A stretch of DNA of 64,000 nt from the human T2T-CHM13v2.0 reference genome, Homo sapiens, in the NCBI RefSeq assembly GCF_009914755.1, contig NC_060929.1, one strand, 5' to 3'. Of this stretch, positions 1 through 13,163 are shown piece by piece. Both the position numbers and the translations under genes were made by a program. The notes beneath the pieces were generated by a model. The model searched no databases. It worked only from the letters and a program-made list of their open reading frames with translations, and was not told the origin of the DNA. How positions within the stretch are numbered: the stretch's first letter is position 1; each line of letters starts with the position of its first letter.

Positions 1-186
1 AGTGATTCTCCTGCCTCAGCTTCCTGAGTAGCTGGGACTACAGACACACACCATTATGCCCAGCTAATTTTTGTATTTTTAGTAGAGATGGGGTTTCACC
101 ATGTTCTCGATCTCCTGACCTCGTGATCTGCCCGATTTGGCCTCCCAAAGTGCTGCAATTACAGGCATGAGCCACAGTGCCTGGCC
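1..186 (-). mobile_element. Alu (AluS-type), cut by the window edge, small internal deletion
   Basis: Antisense Alu consensus (ctcctgcctcagc...ctcccaaagtgctg...gagccac...ctggcc); the ggccaggctgg segment is missing. Confidence 0.95.
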
Positions 187-332
187 CACATCAGGCTAAC
201 TTTTGTATTTTTTGTAGAGATAGGGTTTTGCTATGTTGTCCAGGCTGGTCTTGAACTCCCGACCTCACGTGATTCTTCCGCCTCAGCCTCCCAAAGTGCT
301 GGGATTACAGACGTGAGCCACTGCACCTGGCC
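187..332 (-). mobile_element. Older Alu (AluJ-like) left arm, probably interrupted by the preceding Alu
   Basis: Antisense left monomer plus linker (ttttgtattttttgtagaga...gtgagccactgcacctggcc) directly abutting the first Alu. Confidence 0.85.
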
Positions 333-1196
333 TACCCCGCAAAAATATTTACCATTATTCCTTATATGGAGAATAACCCAAAGGGATCTTAGGGGATGGA
401 TAGTAAGTGTGTCAGAGTGTGAACTTAAAAGCTTAAGATCAATGAGAACTTCTCTGTTGCTGAAAATGAATTGGAAGGCATTCTAGATGATAACGGTATT
501 AAGCCGAATACTTTTCATTTTAGCACACACAGATCTCAAATATGTTGGTCATGTAGAATTCCTTTTGGTATCATCAAGAGTCTATTAAAATGTTATCTAC
601 TTGAACTCTGCTCATTTTGAAGTTAAAGATAATTCACCTGGAATGGGCTGATGTTTGCCTATGTATAAATAGACAAAGAAAGCATGTTAATCATAGGAAT
701 TCTGGATAATGTATCAGAAGAATGTTTCATTTCTGCTTATAAATTAGTAATAAATAATAATGTGGGACTTGAAAAAAATAAAACTGCATTTCTTTTTTCT
801 GTGGTTTAGACTCTCTGGTTCAAACAGGTCTTCCTCACTAAATTATTAGTAAACCTACTGAAGTGCCGGGCCCAACCAAGTAATCCACATCTCTAGTAAA
901 ATTTTTGCATCTGAAGGCTCAGCCTTTAATTCTTCAATTCGAAATTAATATATTTATCCTTCCATCACTGTCTCCCACGGATTTTGAGAATTAATTAGAA
1001 ACAAAATCACTTTCAGTCCTTGGATGTTACATTCTGTGCTGAAAAAATATGAGATACTGAAGTGTTATTAATAATGACAAAGATTCATCCAATAAAATAA
1101 TCCGGCTGGCTGAATTCTCACATGGTTGGTATTTTCTAATATAAATTACTGTAGGATTAGATAGTTAAATATTGAATATTGTCTCATTTAATGCAG

Positions 1197-1279
1197 TTCC
1201 ATGAAATATTAATGATAATGATGGTTCTCCAGTTTGGGGAATTCGGAGATGGTTTTTTACCGACTAATAGCTTTGGCCG
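1197..1279 (+). other. Weak candidate exon (83 nt)
   Basis: catttaatgcag acceptor and CCG|gtaaca donor; one open frame FHEILMIMMVLQFGEFGDGFLPTNSFGR; unique sequence with several CpGs. Confidence 0.15.
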
Positions 1280-3559
1280 GTAACATAATACATTTTACAA
1301 AATGATAATGAAGATATTTAAATGAAGGTGAAACAGGAAATAAATGTCCACTAAACTTATAGATTTCAAATAGGTCAACTGTCACAAAAATTTTTTACTT
1401 TTCTGTTAAATAGTTTACTTTCTATTCTAACAACAACACTGTGATCATTTTTTGATAGCTTTGAGAATTTGTTAAAAAGAACAGATCTACGCTATTAGAC
1501 TGTTGAAGAGAAGAGCTGTTGATGTTGTTTAGTTGGCATGAGGTGTAAAAGTCTGAAAATTGGATTGGGCTTTGAAAGAAGGCTCATCATGTTGAGTGTG
1601 ACAGTTGGATTGGGATTGTGCATGAAGTTAAAAAAGAAAGAAAGCAAAAGAGAAAAAAAGGAAAGAGTGAAAGAGAGAATGAAAGATAAATATTGATAGA
1701 ATAGTCCAACTAGAATGCCTGAGGCCTGCTTGGAATTGAATTTTGAATGCATAGAACAAAAATGTTTCAATTAAGTCTTTTAGTTCAAGTTGTTTGGTTT
1801 GGTGTTTTGATTTTTTTTTTTTTTTTCCAAATCTTCCTTTTCTGACTTTTCTTCATGTTCTTGATTCTGTGAGTTTGTATCTCAAAGTAGGGGATGAAAA
1901 ACTAATGACAAATAGAGAAGTGACTGTTGTTGAAACACTTTGTCATGAATAGAGAATAAGAACATATACCAGTACATCAAATTGATTTAAATTGGATATT
2001 TGTGTGCGTATGGTTTTTTTTTTCTCTAGGGGGAAACTTTAATGTTTTGTGAGATAATTTTATTTAAAATTGCAGTTATCCTTGTTTCAGACCTAGTAAT
2101 TTAACAGTTGAAAAGCTCCCTTTTTTGTTCTGTGTAGTTAATGTATGTGATGTGAGAGAATACGTATTATTTTTAAAAATGTTTGGGGGTTGTATTCTTT
2201 TAGCACAAACTTATTCCTTGATAAAGGAGCTGGCTATAATTTGCAGAAATGACTGTTTCTTTTTCTTTAGTTGTTGGATAATTGCTCTTTGTATACACTG
2301 TGAAAATGTTCATATAGCCCAGTGACAAAGCCTAGCAGATGCACTTGCAATTATCTGGAATTTAAGTAAATTTTGCATCTGATACACACAAAGCAAACGC
2401 TTTGTCCAAGCAGGCTCACATACTGGCATGTGGATTGCTGTGAATACAATGAGTAGATTTTTAATGGAAAACAAATGGACCTATTAGTAAGTCTTGTCTT
2501 TTACTTGAAAAGACACCAGCTTTAGGCATGGCCTCCAACTTATTCATATTCATAGTTGGTTTGGTTCTCAATATGACCTTTAAAACTGAAAAAAAAATTT
2601 AAATGTTTAAAACAAAATGTGTAGCTGTGTCTTTCTTGGAGTAACATTCAGAGATTTCTGGAAGAGAAATGGTGAAATAAATATCTGTTTCATATTCCAA
2701 TTTTTTTTTTTTTTTTACTATTAAGAAGAGCATTCAATTGTTACAACTTTTAAAATGTAAAAGGGGATTTCATATTATAAATAAATCATGCTATAGATAA
2801 AAGATAATTACAATGTTACTTTAACAACCTCAATTCACAAGAGAGACCATAAGAAGGAATATATAATGGGTCCAAATTCTACTTCTTATTGTAAACAAAG
2901 GAGATCTAGCCAGAGGAATAGTTGTCCGCAAAAGCCTCTTTTCCGAGGTTTGTTTGAGATTAATCCTTTCCACTGTGTATTTTTTGTTGTTGTCAGACTT
3001 ATGTAAGTGAGATCTTTGAAGGCTTAATCTTTTTCTCTGTATTTATTCTTAGAAAATATTAACTATATGGAGCTACTTGGATTTTCTTAAATGCCTTTAG
3101 ATCTTTTGGGGAGTTTAAATCATTTTTACTTTCAATGAGAGGGTTACAAATAAATGGTCCTGTAGACATTGTATTTCATAGTTTCAAGGTGCTCCATGTC
3201 ATTCCAGCTTTTGAATGAAGCAAATTTCAAAAGTATTTCAGGCAACATAAAGGTGGGCCTATCTTGACCACTTTCTGCTTTCTTCTCAATCTAAAATGGA
3301 ATCTAATAGTAACAAGAGATCTCTCCAAATTCTTTGAAGAATCAGGAGCCTCCAGGGGGTCTAAGGGTGGAGTTAGTGTTTGAAAAAAGTGGATTTGGGA
3401 AGAAATTTTGAAGATAGAAAGGGAGAGCCTGACAGAAGTATTTCAGGCTCTGAATTAAAATGAGCCAGATGTGCTGCTGCTGGAATATCCTTCCTACACA
3501 AATATGCCGCCACCTTAACCACTTTTCCAAAAACAAAACATAAAGCTTCCTCAGCTAAG

Positions 3560-4500
3560 TACTTTTTATAGAATTTCAAAAATGACAAAACGTGCTCAGT
3601 TGCGCATTGCCAGATTATTCTGTGTAGTCCACAGTCTCCCCAGTGCCATGCGTGGCCTTTCCCCTCTCCCCTCCCCCACTCCTGCTTGCATTTCTTAAAC
3701 TATTGTAGGCTATCTTTAGGCTTGGAGAGGAACCAGGTGCTTTCCTTGGTATTTAAGCAACTTGCTATTTTGAAATTCCCGTAGAGAGCTGTGGGCATTT
3801 TTAGTTCTGTGCCTTGATGCATCCTTTTCCCTTTCTGAAGGAGAAGCTGCTTACATAATACCCAGAAGCGGACCCTTGGGAACTGCAGAGCTATTTTATG
3901 GATATTTTGCAAGAAAAGGAACGCAAGAGCTCCAGTGTCCTGTGTGCCCTCCCGCGAGGGTCTCCACTGGAGATATTTGCACAGTAGCAGATTCTCAGAA
4001 GGATAAATATACATAAATCCATCTTTCAAAGGGGGAAGAATCCGTAGGAAGCTGCACCTAGGAGGGTGAGAGCCCACTAATAGCTCAGCCCGAAAGAGCT
4101 TCTTGAACAATTCTAGAGCCAGGACCCAACTGTCAGCAGAGCTTGCCAGGGAGACAGATGCTGCGGTTGGAAGACAGTTTTCCTCAGTTAGATATTTTGT
4201 TCTTGTAGATGGCCAACCATGACTCATGGGGAAAACAGGAGAGAGAGGGAGAGGAGAAAAGAAGAGTAAATTAATCATTTTATTAATCTCTATTTAGAAT
4301 TCAGTCATGTAAGTAAATGTCAACCCAGTGAACTTTCCATGAAACTAGATGTGTTGTAAAGACAGTTGCAGGGTTTTAAAGTTATGCCAGGTGATAAAGG
4401 CGTCTAATTTAACCTGCAGATTAAATAACCGACACAATTTCGGGAGGATATCTGTGGGAAATAGTAATGTAGGAATTATCTAATAATCCGGCTCAAAGGA
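3560..4500. promoter_or_regulatory. Candidate enhancer or alternative promoter
   Basis: Repeat-free, locally higher GC/CpG, C-rich SP/KLF-type tract at 3661-3680, palindromic AP-1 site ccaTGACTCAtgg at 4217-4229, donor-like CAT|gtaagt near 4308. Confidence 0.35.
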
Positions 4501-5824
4501 AGCATGCTTTTGAAGAATTGAAAGGACATGAATTATTATTTTTTGTGTGTGAGAGATGATAGGTTTGTTTCCTGTTCTCCCTATATTTGCGTATGTTTGT
4601 TTGTATTTGTATGTGAAAGATGATCTTTTTTTCACTTTTCTTTTTTCTTCCTCTACTTCTCTCCCATTATGTCTGTGTGTACATATGTGCATATATATGA
4701 GATATATACACATATCATACCTACACAGCTGTGTTACATTCAGCCAGGTTACCTCTGCACCCTGATATATCAACTTTCATCTACATTTATCACTCGCTTC
4801 CAGATCTCTTCTGTAGCTACGTGCAGTTGATTAGGTAAAAGCAGAATATCTGCTTTGTGAAAGATAGCAAAATTCACTTTTTGTCACGCATGCCAATTGC
4901 CAGATTCCGAGTTTCCTTCAAATTCCCAGAAAGGGGCTAATATTGTGGGCGATCATCTTAGCTTCCTCTGTTTTTTTCTTTTTTAAAGATTTCTCATTTC
5001 CTTTGAAAATAAACAAGAGGAAAGTTTGGCACAGTTTCCCTGATTCTCATTTGTTTGGGGCTGAGTATTTCAGGCTCCCTCTGAGCCAAGTTTATTTCAT
5101 AGATCTACTCTGTAGGTCTCCAAAACTGGAATAAGTTATGCATTTGAGTGCCTGACAGCAGCCCCTATGTCAAACTCTTGATGTGCCATTTTTCTGATGG
5201 AGTCCCAGGAGTGTCCCTTTTTAGATATGCATGTTCTTTGTGAGTTGGCATGGCAGATTGCCAAAAGGTGTATGTCTGGGGGAAAGGCAGGCTTTTATTT
5301 TATTCTTTCTTACAACTAGTTATTTGGAGGGTACTCTAGGAACTGAACATCACAGCTGTGGATCTAATTTAGAGAGTGTAATTCACAATTGACGTGTGGA
5401 AGAGGTAGCTTGCCATCTTGAGCCACCCTGCTTGTCTGGCCAATATGGAACTGTCTGAGATGAGGCTCTTCACCTCGAGGTCTACGTGTCTTTCACTGTA
5501 TCTCATGTCAGATCAAGCACTAAGAGACTATCCTGTCAATTTGTAGCACTCCCTGGAGAACTTTGGGTCTTGAAAACTGTGGGTCATATTGATCCTTGAG
5601 TGAAGGTGGTTGCATTTCTTCTGAGGTTTATCAAAATAATAACGACATTTTTCATTTATCTGTTTCAGACACTTACTTGAGAATGCACAAAAAAGATGGA
5701 TGATTCTTGCACAAGTGTCAGAGAGGTTGCTATATTTCACATGGCCTTGCACATATGTAGTATGTGCTTGATAAATATCTGTTGAGTAGAAGAAACATGT
5801 ATTTCTTTTCCTTCAGGAACATAG

Positions 5825-6181
<357 letters not shown>

Positions 6182-6225
6182 ACATGTGATGATTTTTAAA
6201 CCATAAATGGTTGAATGAGTTAGGA

Positions 6226-6455
6226 GCAGGCGGATCACCTGAGGTCAGGAGTTCAAGACCAGCCTGGCCAACATGGTGAAACCCCATCTCTACTAAAAAT
6301 ACAAAAATTAGCCAGGCGTGGTGGCAGGTGCCTATAATCCCAGCTACTCGGGAGGCTGAGGCAGGAGAATTGCTTGAGCCCAGGAGGCGGAGGTTGCAGT
6401 GAGCCGAGATGCACCATTGCACTCCAGCCTGGGCGACAGGGCGAGACTCCATCTC

Positions 6456-6483
<28 letters not shown>
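6226..6483 (+). mobile_element. AluS, 5'-truncated
   Basis: Starts at gcaggcggatcacctgaggtcagg (first ~48 nt absent), ends in a long A tail. Confidence 0.95.
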
Positions 6484-6491
<8 letters not shown>

Positions 6492-6701
6492 CTCTTATAA
6501 ATGAGGAAATTGTCACAAATAAGATGGACAGACATTGAAAAAATACGTGTTGAGGGAATTAGGATTAATAAAGTCCTTGAATCGGTTGCCCATCAAATAA
6601 TATAAGGATATTTTAAATAATATTTTTATTTTTATGATTCATATTAATTAAAAAATTTGCTATACCAGTGACTTTATAAAGATTATCAAAGGAATAATTT
6701 T

Positions 6702-7036
<335 letters not shown>

Positions 7037-7059
7037 TTACATGAAATTAAAATGCCTGC

Positions 7060-7233
7060 ATCCATAAATAAAGTTTACTGGAATATGACCATACTGTTCA
7101 ATTGCGTGTTTTCCGTGGATATTCCACTACAACAGCAGTGTTAATTAGTGTGGCTCTCGAGCCTTTCGGCTTATTAAATGTTTTGGTGTCTACTATTTGG
7201 CCCTTTACAGAAAAAGTTTGCTGGCCTTTATCT
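7060..7233. mobile_element. MER58-like hAT-Charlie fragment
   Basis: aataaagtttactggaa...ggccctttacagaaaaagtttgc terminal motif typical of MER58. Confidence 0.7.
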
Positions 7234-7904
7234 AATGTGTGGTTTGCAGAGGTTAAAGGGCTATGATACAAAGCCTGTGCTCATTTTTCTGAGTTCATGA
7301 ATATTATTGGGTTTGGCCTGCTTTGCGATTGTTATGTTTTTGGATTCTTAACTATGTGAACCAAGGAAAGATTTTGTACCTAGATGAAGAGATGCTATTC
7401 CTTATGTAGCTATTGGTTTTACAGAGGAATAGACTGAATTTTTCCCTCTGAGGTGGGAAGGAGATATATTCAAAGAATGGGGTCTTAGATTTGAATTTAA
7501 CTTTCCATTCTTTCTTTTCTCTGATCCATGAAGGCAAGTTGGACTAACTGCCCCTTTCCCCTCTCCAAATATACACACAGCAGTTATTCCTCACTGATTT
7601 GTTTTATATCAGTGAATTATTAGGGCATATATTACTAGTCTTTATTCACACACTATTGATTCCCCCTTACCTATGGTGTATTTCTGGAAAAGGGAAACCA
7701 GATTCACTTATAGACACTCAAGAAACATGTGTGTAATACTATGATATATCAGAAGCCACACCCAGGGCTGGGATTAGAAAAATGAAAGAACAAAAACATC
7801 TGCCCACCATGCCAGCGAAGACCTACCAGTATTAAGAAGCAGTCACAAAATAAACCGCTTCAATATGAGGTGTTACATCAGTTACAGAATAGTTACCAAG
7901 AAGA

Positions 7905-8125
7905 ACTGATATTTATTGATTAAATATTCTAAGCACTTTACATATATTATATAATCCTCAAAAGAGTTCTATGAGTTTATTATATTAACCTCATTCTTTT
8001 TAAGAGTAGAGAACTGAAGTCAAGAGATTTTATGGAATAGAATTTCCTTATCTGAATACTTAAGTGATGGAGCAAAGACAGAGAATCCAGCCCACATGAC
8101 TCCAGAACGTTCCTCTTAGCCATTA
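7905..8125 (-). mobile_element. MIR
   Basis: aagcactttacatatattat...gaactgaagtcaagag...tgactccaga antisense MIR pattern. Confidence 0.65.
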
Positions 8126-8419
8126 TGGTATAGGGCCCTCCCTGAAGTACATACAGCATATTTTATAAATATAGTATACTCTGGATGTGACATAAATGGG
8201 TAGCTTCTTATGCTTAACTAAAACGTAAAGAATTAGCCTGAATGAATGTGGCAGAAAGAAGAAAGTTAGATCAGGTATTGTACACAGAAGTACAGAGACC
8301 AGAGAGAGCATGATGGATTTAGGGAAAAGCAGGTGCATCCATTCACTGTGTCTGAGAAACAGCATCAGGGAAGACAGTGCTGGAAATTGTAGGCATCAGA
8401 TCATCCATTGAGTCATTGA

Positions 8420-9030
8420 TCAACTCAGCAAACATTTATTGACTTATGCTAAGTGCCGGGGATACTAATTTCAGCACTGAGGTAGTAAATAAGCATACAG
8501 TTTATGGTCCAGTGAGATGAGCTAAACAAAAACATAAATAAACAACAGATAAATATAATTTCAGAAAATAATAAGGACTTTGAAACTAGAGGGAGTTTAT
8601 GTACTCCCTCTAGTTTCATATATGTACATAATGTACAAAAATGAACATCTATGTGCATGCCTGCACTGGTTAATTGAGACAAGGCATGCAGAGAAGACTT
8701 CTTAAAATGTATGATATTTGAGCTAAGACTGTGGTAACAAGAAAGATTCAGCACTTATTGGATCTTTTCAGGCAAAAGGAACGATACATGCAAAAGCCTG
8801 AGGTGGGAATACAAGTGGAATGCTGATACAAAGGAGAAAAGACCAAATGTGGTTATCTGGTGGTCAGAGAGGAAGCGAGTCCATGATAAGATTAGGGAGG
8901 TGGTGAGTGATCCAATCAGGAGGATCATGTAGGCCATGGTAAGGAGATTTTCCATTTTATTTTCCATGCAGTAAGAATTTATTGGAGGATTTTAAGCATA
9001 GGAATGCCATGATTGTAGTAATGTTTACAA
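8420..9030 (-). mobile_element. L2 3' fragment
   Basis: caaacatttattga...gtgccgggga...gatatttgagctaagact...caaaagcctgaggtgggaa antisense L2 pattern. Confidence 0.75.
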
Positions 9031-9089
9031 AACATGATCATCTTCCCTCCAATGTTACTGTACCTAAATTACACCTGGATGAACCAGAC

Positions 9090-9730
9090 TTTAACGTAAC
9101 TACCATCAAACTTCCAACTGCAGTAATCAATTTATAAAAAAATAGAGGGAAAGAGGACTATGTTTAAAGGACACTATAGTAATACAACCAGCACAATTCT
9201 GACTTTGCCCTTAAACTCTAAAGGACAAATATCTAGTTTCTTCTACAAAATTTCAAGAAAAAACATTGCTAGAAGCTGGAGGAGAAATGTATAGATTATA
9301 AGGACCTTAAGAGATATTCGTCAGCACAAAGTATGGGACTTGTTTGGGTCTTGATTCAAGTTATTAAATAAATAAATACATGAACAGTTAGAGAAATGTG
9401 AACACACATGGGATGTGGTTAAGAAATTCGATTCTTTGGGTGCAGTGTTATATGCCTGTTTACAAAAGTGAAGCCTTTACGTTTTAGAAATACATATGCT
9501 AGATTTGCAGATGAAATATGTCTATACTTTGCTTCAAAATAATATTAGGATGGAGGGGGTGAGGTTGTGAAGAAAAAAGGATTGGCCATGTTGAAGTTAG
9601 TTAATGAGCTGTGAGAATTCATACTGCTATTATATTATATGCTATTATGTTACATTATATTTATTATAATATATTTTATTATTATATTTTTGTATATATT
9701 TGGAGTTTTCCATAATAATTTTTATGTTTA
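9090..9730 (+). mobile_element. Old L1M (L1MC-like) 3' end inserted in L2
   Basis: gaccttaagagata...gggacttgtttgggtcttgattca...ttagaaatacat...gattggccatg...ttttccataata pattern. Confidence 0.6.
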
Positions 9731-9739
9731 AAAAACCCT

Positions 9740-10850
9740 GTTTATTCTGTGGAGATGGAAAGTACAATGTTAAAAGTAGAAGAGTAGAACAATTAGTGGA
9801 CTCACAGTTTTCTGAATAAAAGGTGATGAATTCAGGTGAAAGTGGTAGAAGTAGTGAGATGCGGATGGATATGGGATATGGTTTTGAGAACCAGGTGACA
9901 GCCTTTGCTAATGTATTGGATACAAGAAGTGAAGGAAAGAGGAAAAAAGTATGACCTCCAGGGTTATGGTTTGAGCACTAAGTAAATGGTCCTGCCCGTT
10001 ACTGAGAAAGTGTCTTTTAGGGGACAAATACCAGAACCACATCGAAAAGTAGTGGGGATGCATAGAAGGCAGATTGTCTGGTGGCAGATCAAGCATAGAT
10101 TAGGAGGATTGAGGCTTGGAGTTAGGGAGTCCATGGTAAAAGATCATTGTGGTGATTTTGTTGAAAGATGCTGAGCCCATTGATTCAAGTGATAAAAGTA
10201 AGAATGGAAAGAAGGCAAGGGATCTAGAACATACTTAGGAAAAGGGGTCAGCGTGCCTTAACTGGAAGTGGGAAGGAAAGGAGGAAGAGCCCAGATTGCC
10301 TTCAGGGTTATGGTGGGCATATGGTGGATGGTGAGCAGCATTCATCAGAACAAAACAAGTTTTCGAGGAAAAGATTCCAAGTCCGATTTTGATTTTGAGA
10401 GGTCTTGAGTAGGAATGTTTTATATAGTTAGATATATAAGCCTGAAGCGCAAGGGAGTGATGTGGAACAACACCCCAAAAGTGGTGTGTGAGCAGAATTG
10501 CCCAGGGAACTTGAGAGAAGAGAGGAAGGAATAGAGCTGGAGATGGAACACTGGAAAATACCAGCATTGCCAGCATAAAATGAGGAAAAGGAGGTGGGGA
10601 AAGATTGAAAAGTGCCAACAGAGGAGACCCCTGTAAGAGGAATGTTGTAAAACCAAGGCAGAGAAGACTTTGAAGAAGCAGGACGCTGTGATTGTGTTAG
10701 ATGCTGTAGAGGCATCTATAAGATCTGGATTGGAAACTCCATCAGATTTGGCAATGAAAAAGCCATTGTTAAATTTCAGCAATGTCACAGTCAGTGGAAG
10801 AGAGATCTACATTGGGTTAAGCAGCTAAAGGGAGTTCAGAAAATGGGAAC
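9740..10850 (-). mobile_element. L2 continuation
   Basis: Purine-rich degenerate L2 ORF2/3' sequence (gatttggcaa, gtcagtggaag). Confidence 0.65.
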
Positions 10851-11477
10851 AGGGATCCCTATCTAGAGAAAAATTGGGAGAAAATAAAACAGAAATTAGA
10901 AAGATCAAGAAAAAAACATTCTATCAAATATCAACCTATTTGGATTGTTAGAAGTTTTCCTCTATTGCAATTAATCAGGGATTTTACTTCCATTTGCTTT
11001 ATGAAATTGGGCTGTTCATGGGAAGGTTTATGTTATGAATCTCATTTAAGAGTTTATAATTGGGAACGTATTTGAAAGAAATCTACATCCAGGGCTTTAT
11101 AATGCAAAACTGACCTCTAACTACCAAACTTACTTGTGTATTTGTTGCTTTAAATAGCCTGCCAAGAGTGTAATGGGTAAAGAATTCTGTGTGCAGAAAA
11201 TAACAGATGTTTGGGTCATCATATAGACTTGATTTTTGAGTGTATCATATATTTATTCTGGTCTGATTGCTTGATTAGGAACCACTTAATAAAATGGAGA
11301 AAATAGATTGGAAAATCTAAAACCATGTTTTTACACATAGCGATACCCCACTACCTTGTACAGAGCTTGTTTTTTAAATGAATGAATGGTTAAATTTGTG
11401 ATTTACATGTATCAGATAAGCTTATCAGAACTCCTAGCTCTATTCGTAGAAAATTGTTTCTTCCAAAATTTCAACAG

Positions 11478-11545
11478 GTAGTTTAAAACGTTTCGTAATT
11501 TACTTATGTAAAAACCTTCTGGCCAGTGGACCTTCTTGAGGAAGA
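11478..11545 (+). other. Candidate internal exon (68 nt)
   Basis: tttcttccaaaatttcaacag acceptor and strong AGA|gtaagt donor; phase-1 frame reads SLKRFVIYLCKNLLASGPS-stop. Confidence 0.45.
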
Positions 11546-12992
11546 GTAAGTTGTTGTATTTGGTATGATTTTCTAAAAATTTTGTCTGTGGTTTTTTGTT
11601 GTTGTTGTTTCTAGGATTTTTATTTTGACAGTTTAGTCATTTAGCCAATGCATTGGCTGATTGGTTTGTTGATTGATTGATTGATTTGTCTTGGTGTGGA
11701 AGTTTCGAGTTAGGAATATAGGCTAGTGTAAAAGCTACTTAAACATTTTTTTGAAATTCAGAAATTACACTTTTCTAACTGAAAACCCTCCTGACTTGAT
11801 GAGAGGCCTTGACTAATGTTATAGGTGTACATTGGCAATGGAAAAGAGTTTGGTCTCATTGTCTTTACATGCAAGCCTTGGTTAAAACTACTGAGGTTTG
11901 CTAATGGAAAGAAAATTACCTCAGAACACTAAAACTATCGTGGGTTACTCTTATTTTCTTAGATCGTATGGAAAAATCATTCTTAAGGCATTCATATTTC
12001 ATGTTTCTTATTCTCAAGTGTACAGTGAGTAATCTTGGACCTTGAATGTTGATTTCTTTATTTTACAGATCAGTACTGACATGACTTATGGGGTTGCAGA
12101 AAGTTTGATGACATGCGGGAACATCTGCCATTATACTCCATTGCATGAAAAGAACAGTGTCTGAGATCTATCCAAAGTGGAATTAAAAAAAAAAAAACAT
12201 TAACAGTAATAGTAAAAACAGATTAAATGTTGCTTACTTTCTACAGTCCCTGACCATTAGATTTAATCAAGTTTTAGGCTTTTGCAAAGCAGGTTGTAAA
12301 ATCCCTCCTGTCACATTTTATTGCAAATGTTGCTTTCCAAGTTATCTATGAGAACAGCCCATTGAATCAAAAGAAATACTATTGTATCAGTGGGAATGAT
12401 TGTTTTATACAGCAAAGCACATGGTACAAGCTTGTTGGTAGCTGGAATTTGAGTACCATTTTAGCTCCCTCTCTTTTTTTTTAATGTAGGCAAATCTCTT
12501 CGGAGTCTCCAAATGCTTATTTTATTTTGCTGTTTTGCTGCTCCTGCCTTTACTTATTCAGTGAGTCACTTATGGAAAGAGTTACTTGCTTGAGTTGATT
12601 TAATTCATATCATATAAAATTCTTTTTGTACTTATATCAAATTGATTCTATTATTCACCATAATATTTTACCCTTCTTGTAACAGTAAAATGACAAGGGA
12701 TATTTTTGGACAGACTCTGTAGTTCATATGAAAAAGAACTAGGAAAAAAGGGTCTTTTTCAGAAAAATATCACTGGAGAAACATAGCCATTTCAGAGCTG
12801 TAAATTACTTAGAAGAATGTTTTGTTTCATCTTCTAAAGGGGAAATTTGGGCCTGAAGAAGTGAAATAACTTGAAAAACCATCTATAAAACTTGTTATAT
12901 TGCCTAAATGAAACTAATCTTATATTAAATTGTATGTGAACTCTTTCTTACTAAAATAGAAAGTTAACACTATATTTAAAAGTTTCATCTTG

Positions 12993-13062
12993 GTTGCAGT
13001 GTGTCTAGATCGTGCCATTGTCCTCCAGCCTGGGTCACAGAGGAGACCCTGTCTCCAAAGAT
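12993..13062 (+). mobile_element. Severely 5'-truncated Alu with 15-bp TSD
   Basis: Alu 3' end only; flanked by aaaagtttcatcttg (12978-12992) and aaaagtctcatcttg (13063-13077). Confidence 0.85.
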
Positions 13063-13163
13063 AAAAGTCTCATCTTGAGAAAAATTATAGCTGCCTATGG
13101 ATTAAAGCAATCTGGAGTAAAATAAAATATAGCCATTCAAAATCTGTTAATAATTAATGAATA

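Noticed and set aside
360-369. CArG boxes (360, 6201, 49537)
   Set aside because: A handful are expected by chance in 64 kb of AT-rich DNA
3700-4278. Longest ORF (192 aa, minus strand)
   Set aside because: No recognisable domain or protein-like composition; explained by stop-poor, GC-elevated regulatory-type sequence
10235-10788. Overlapping 95-127 aa ORFs (similarly the 150 aa ORF at 55180-55632)
   Set aside because: They lie in decayed L2 sequence; relic frames, not genes
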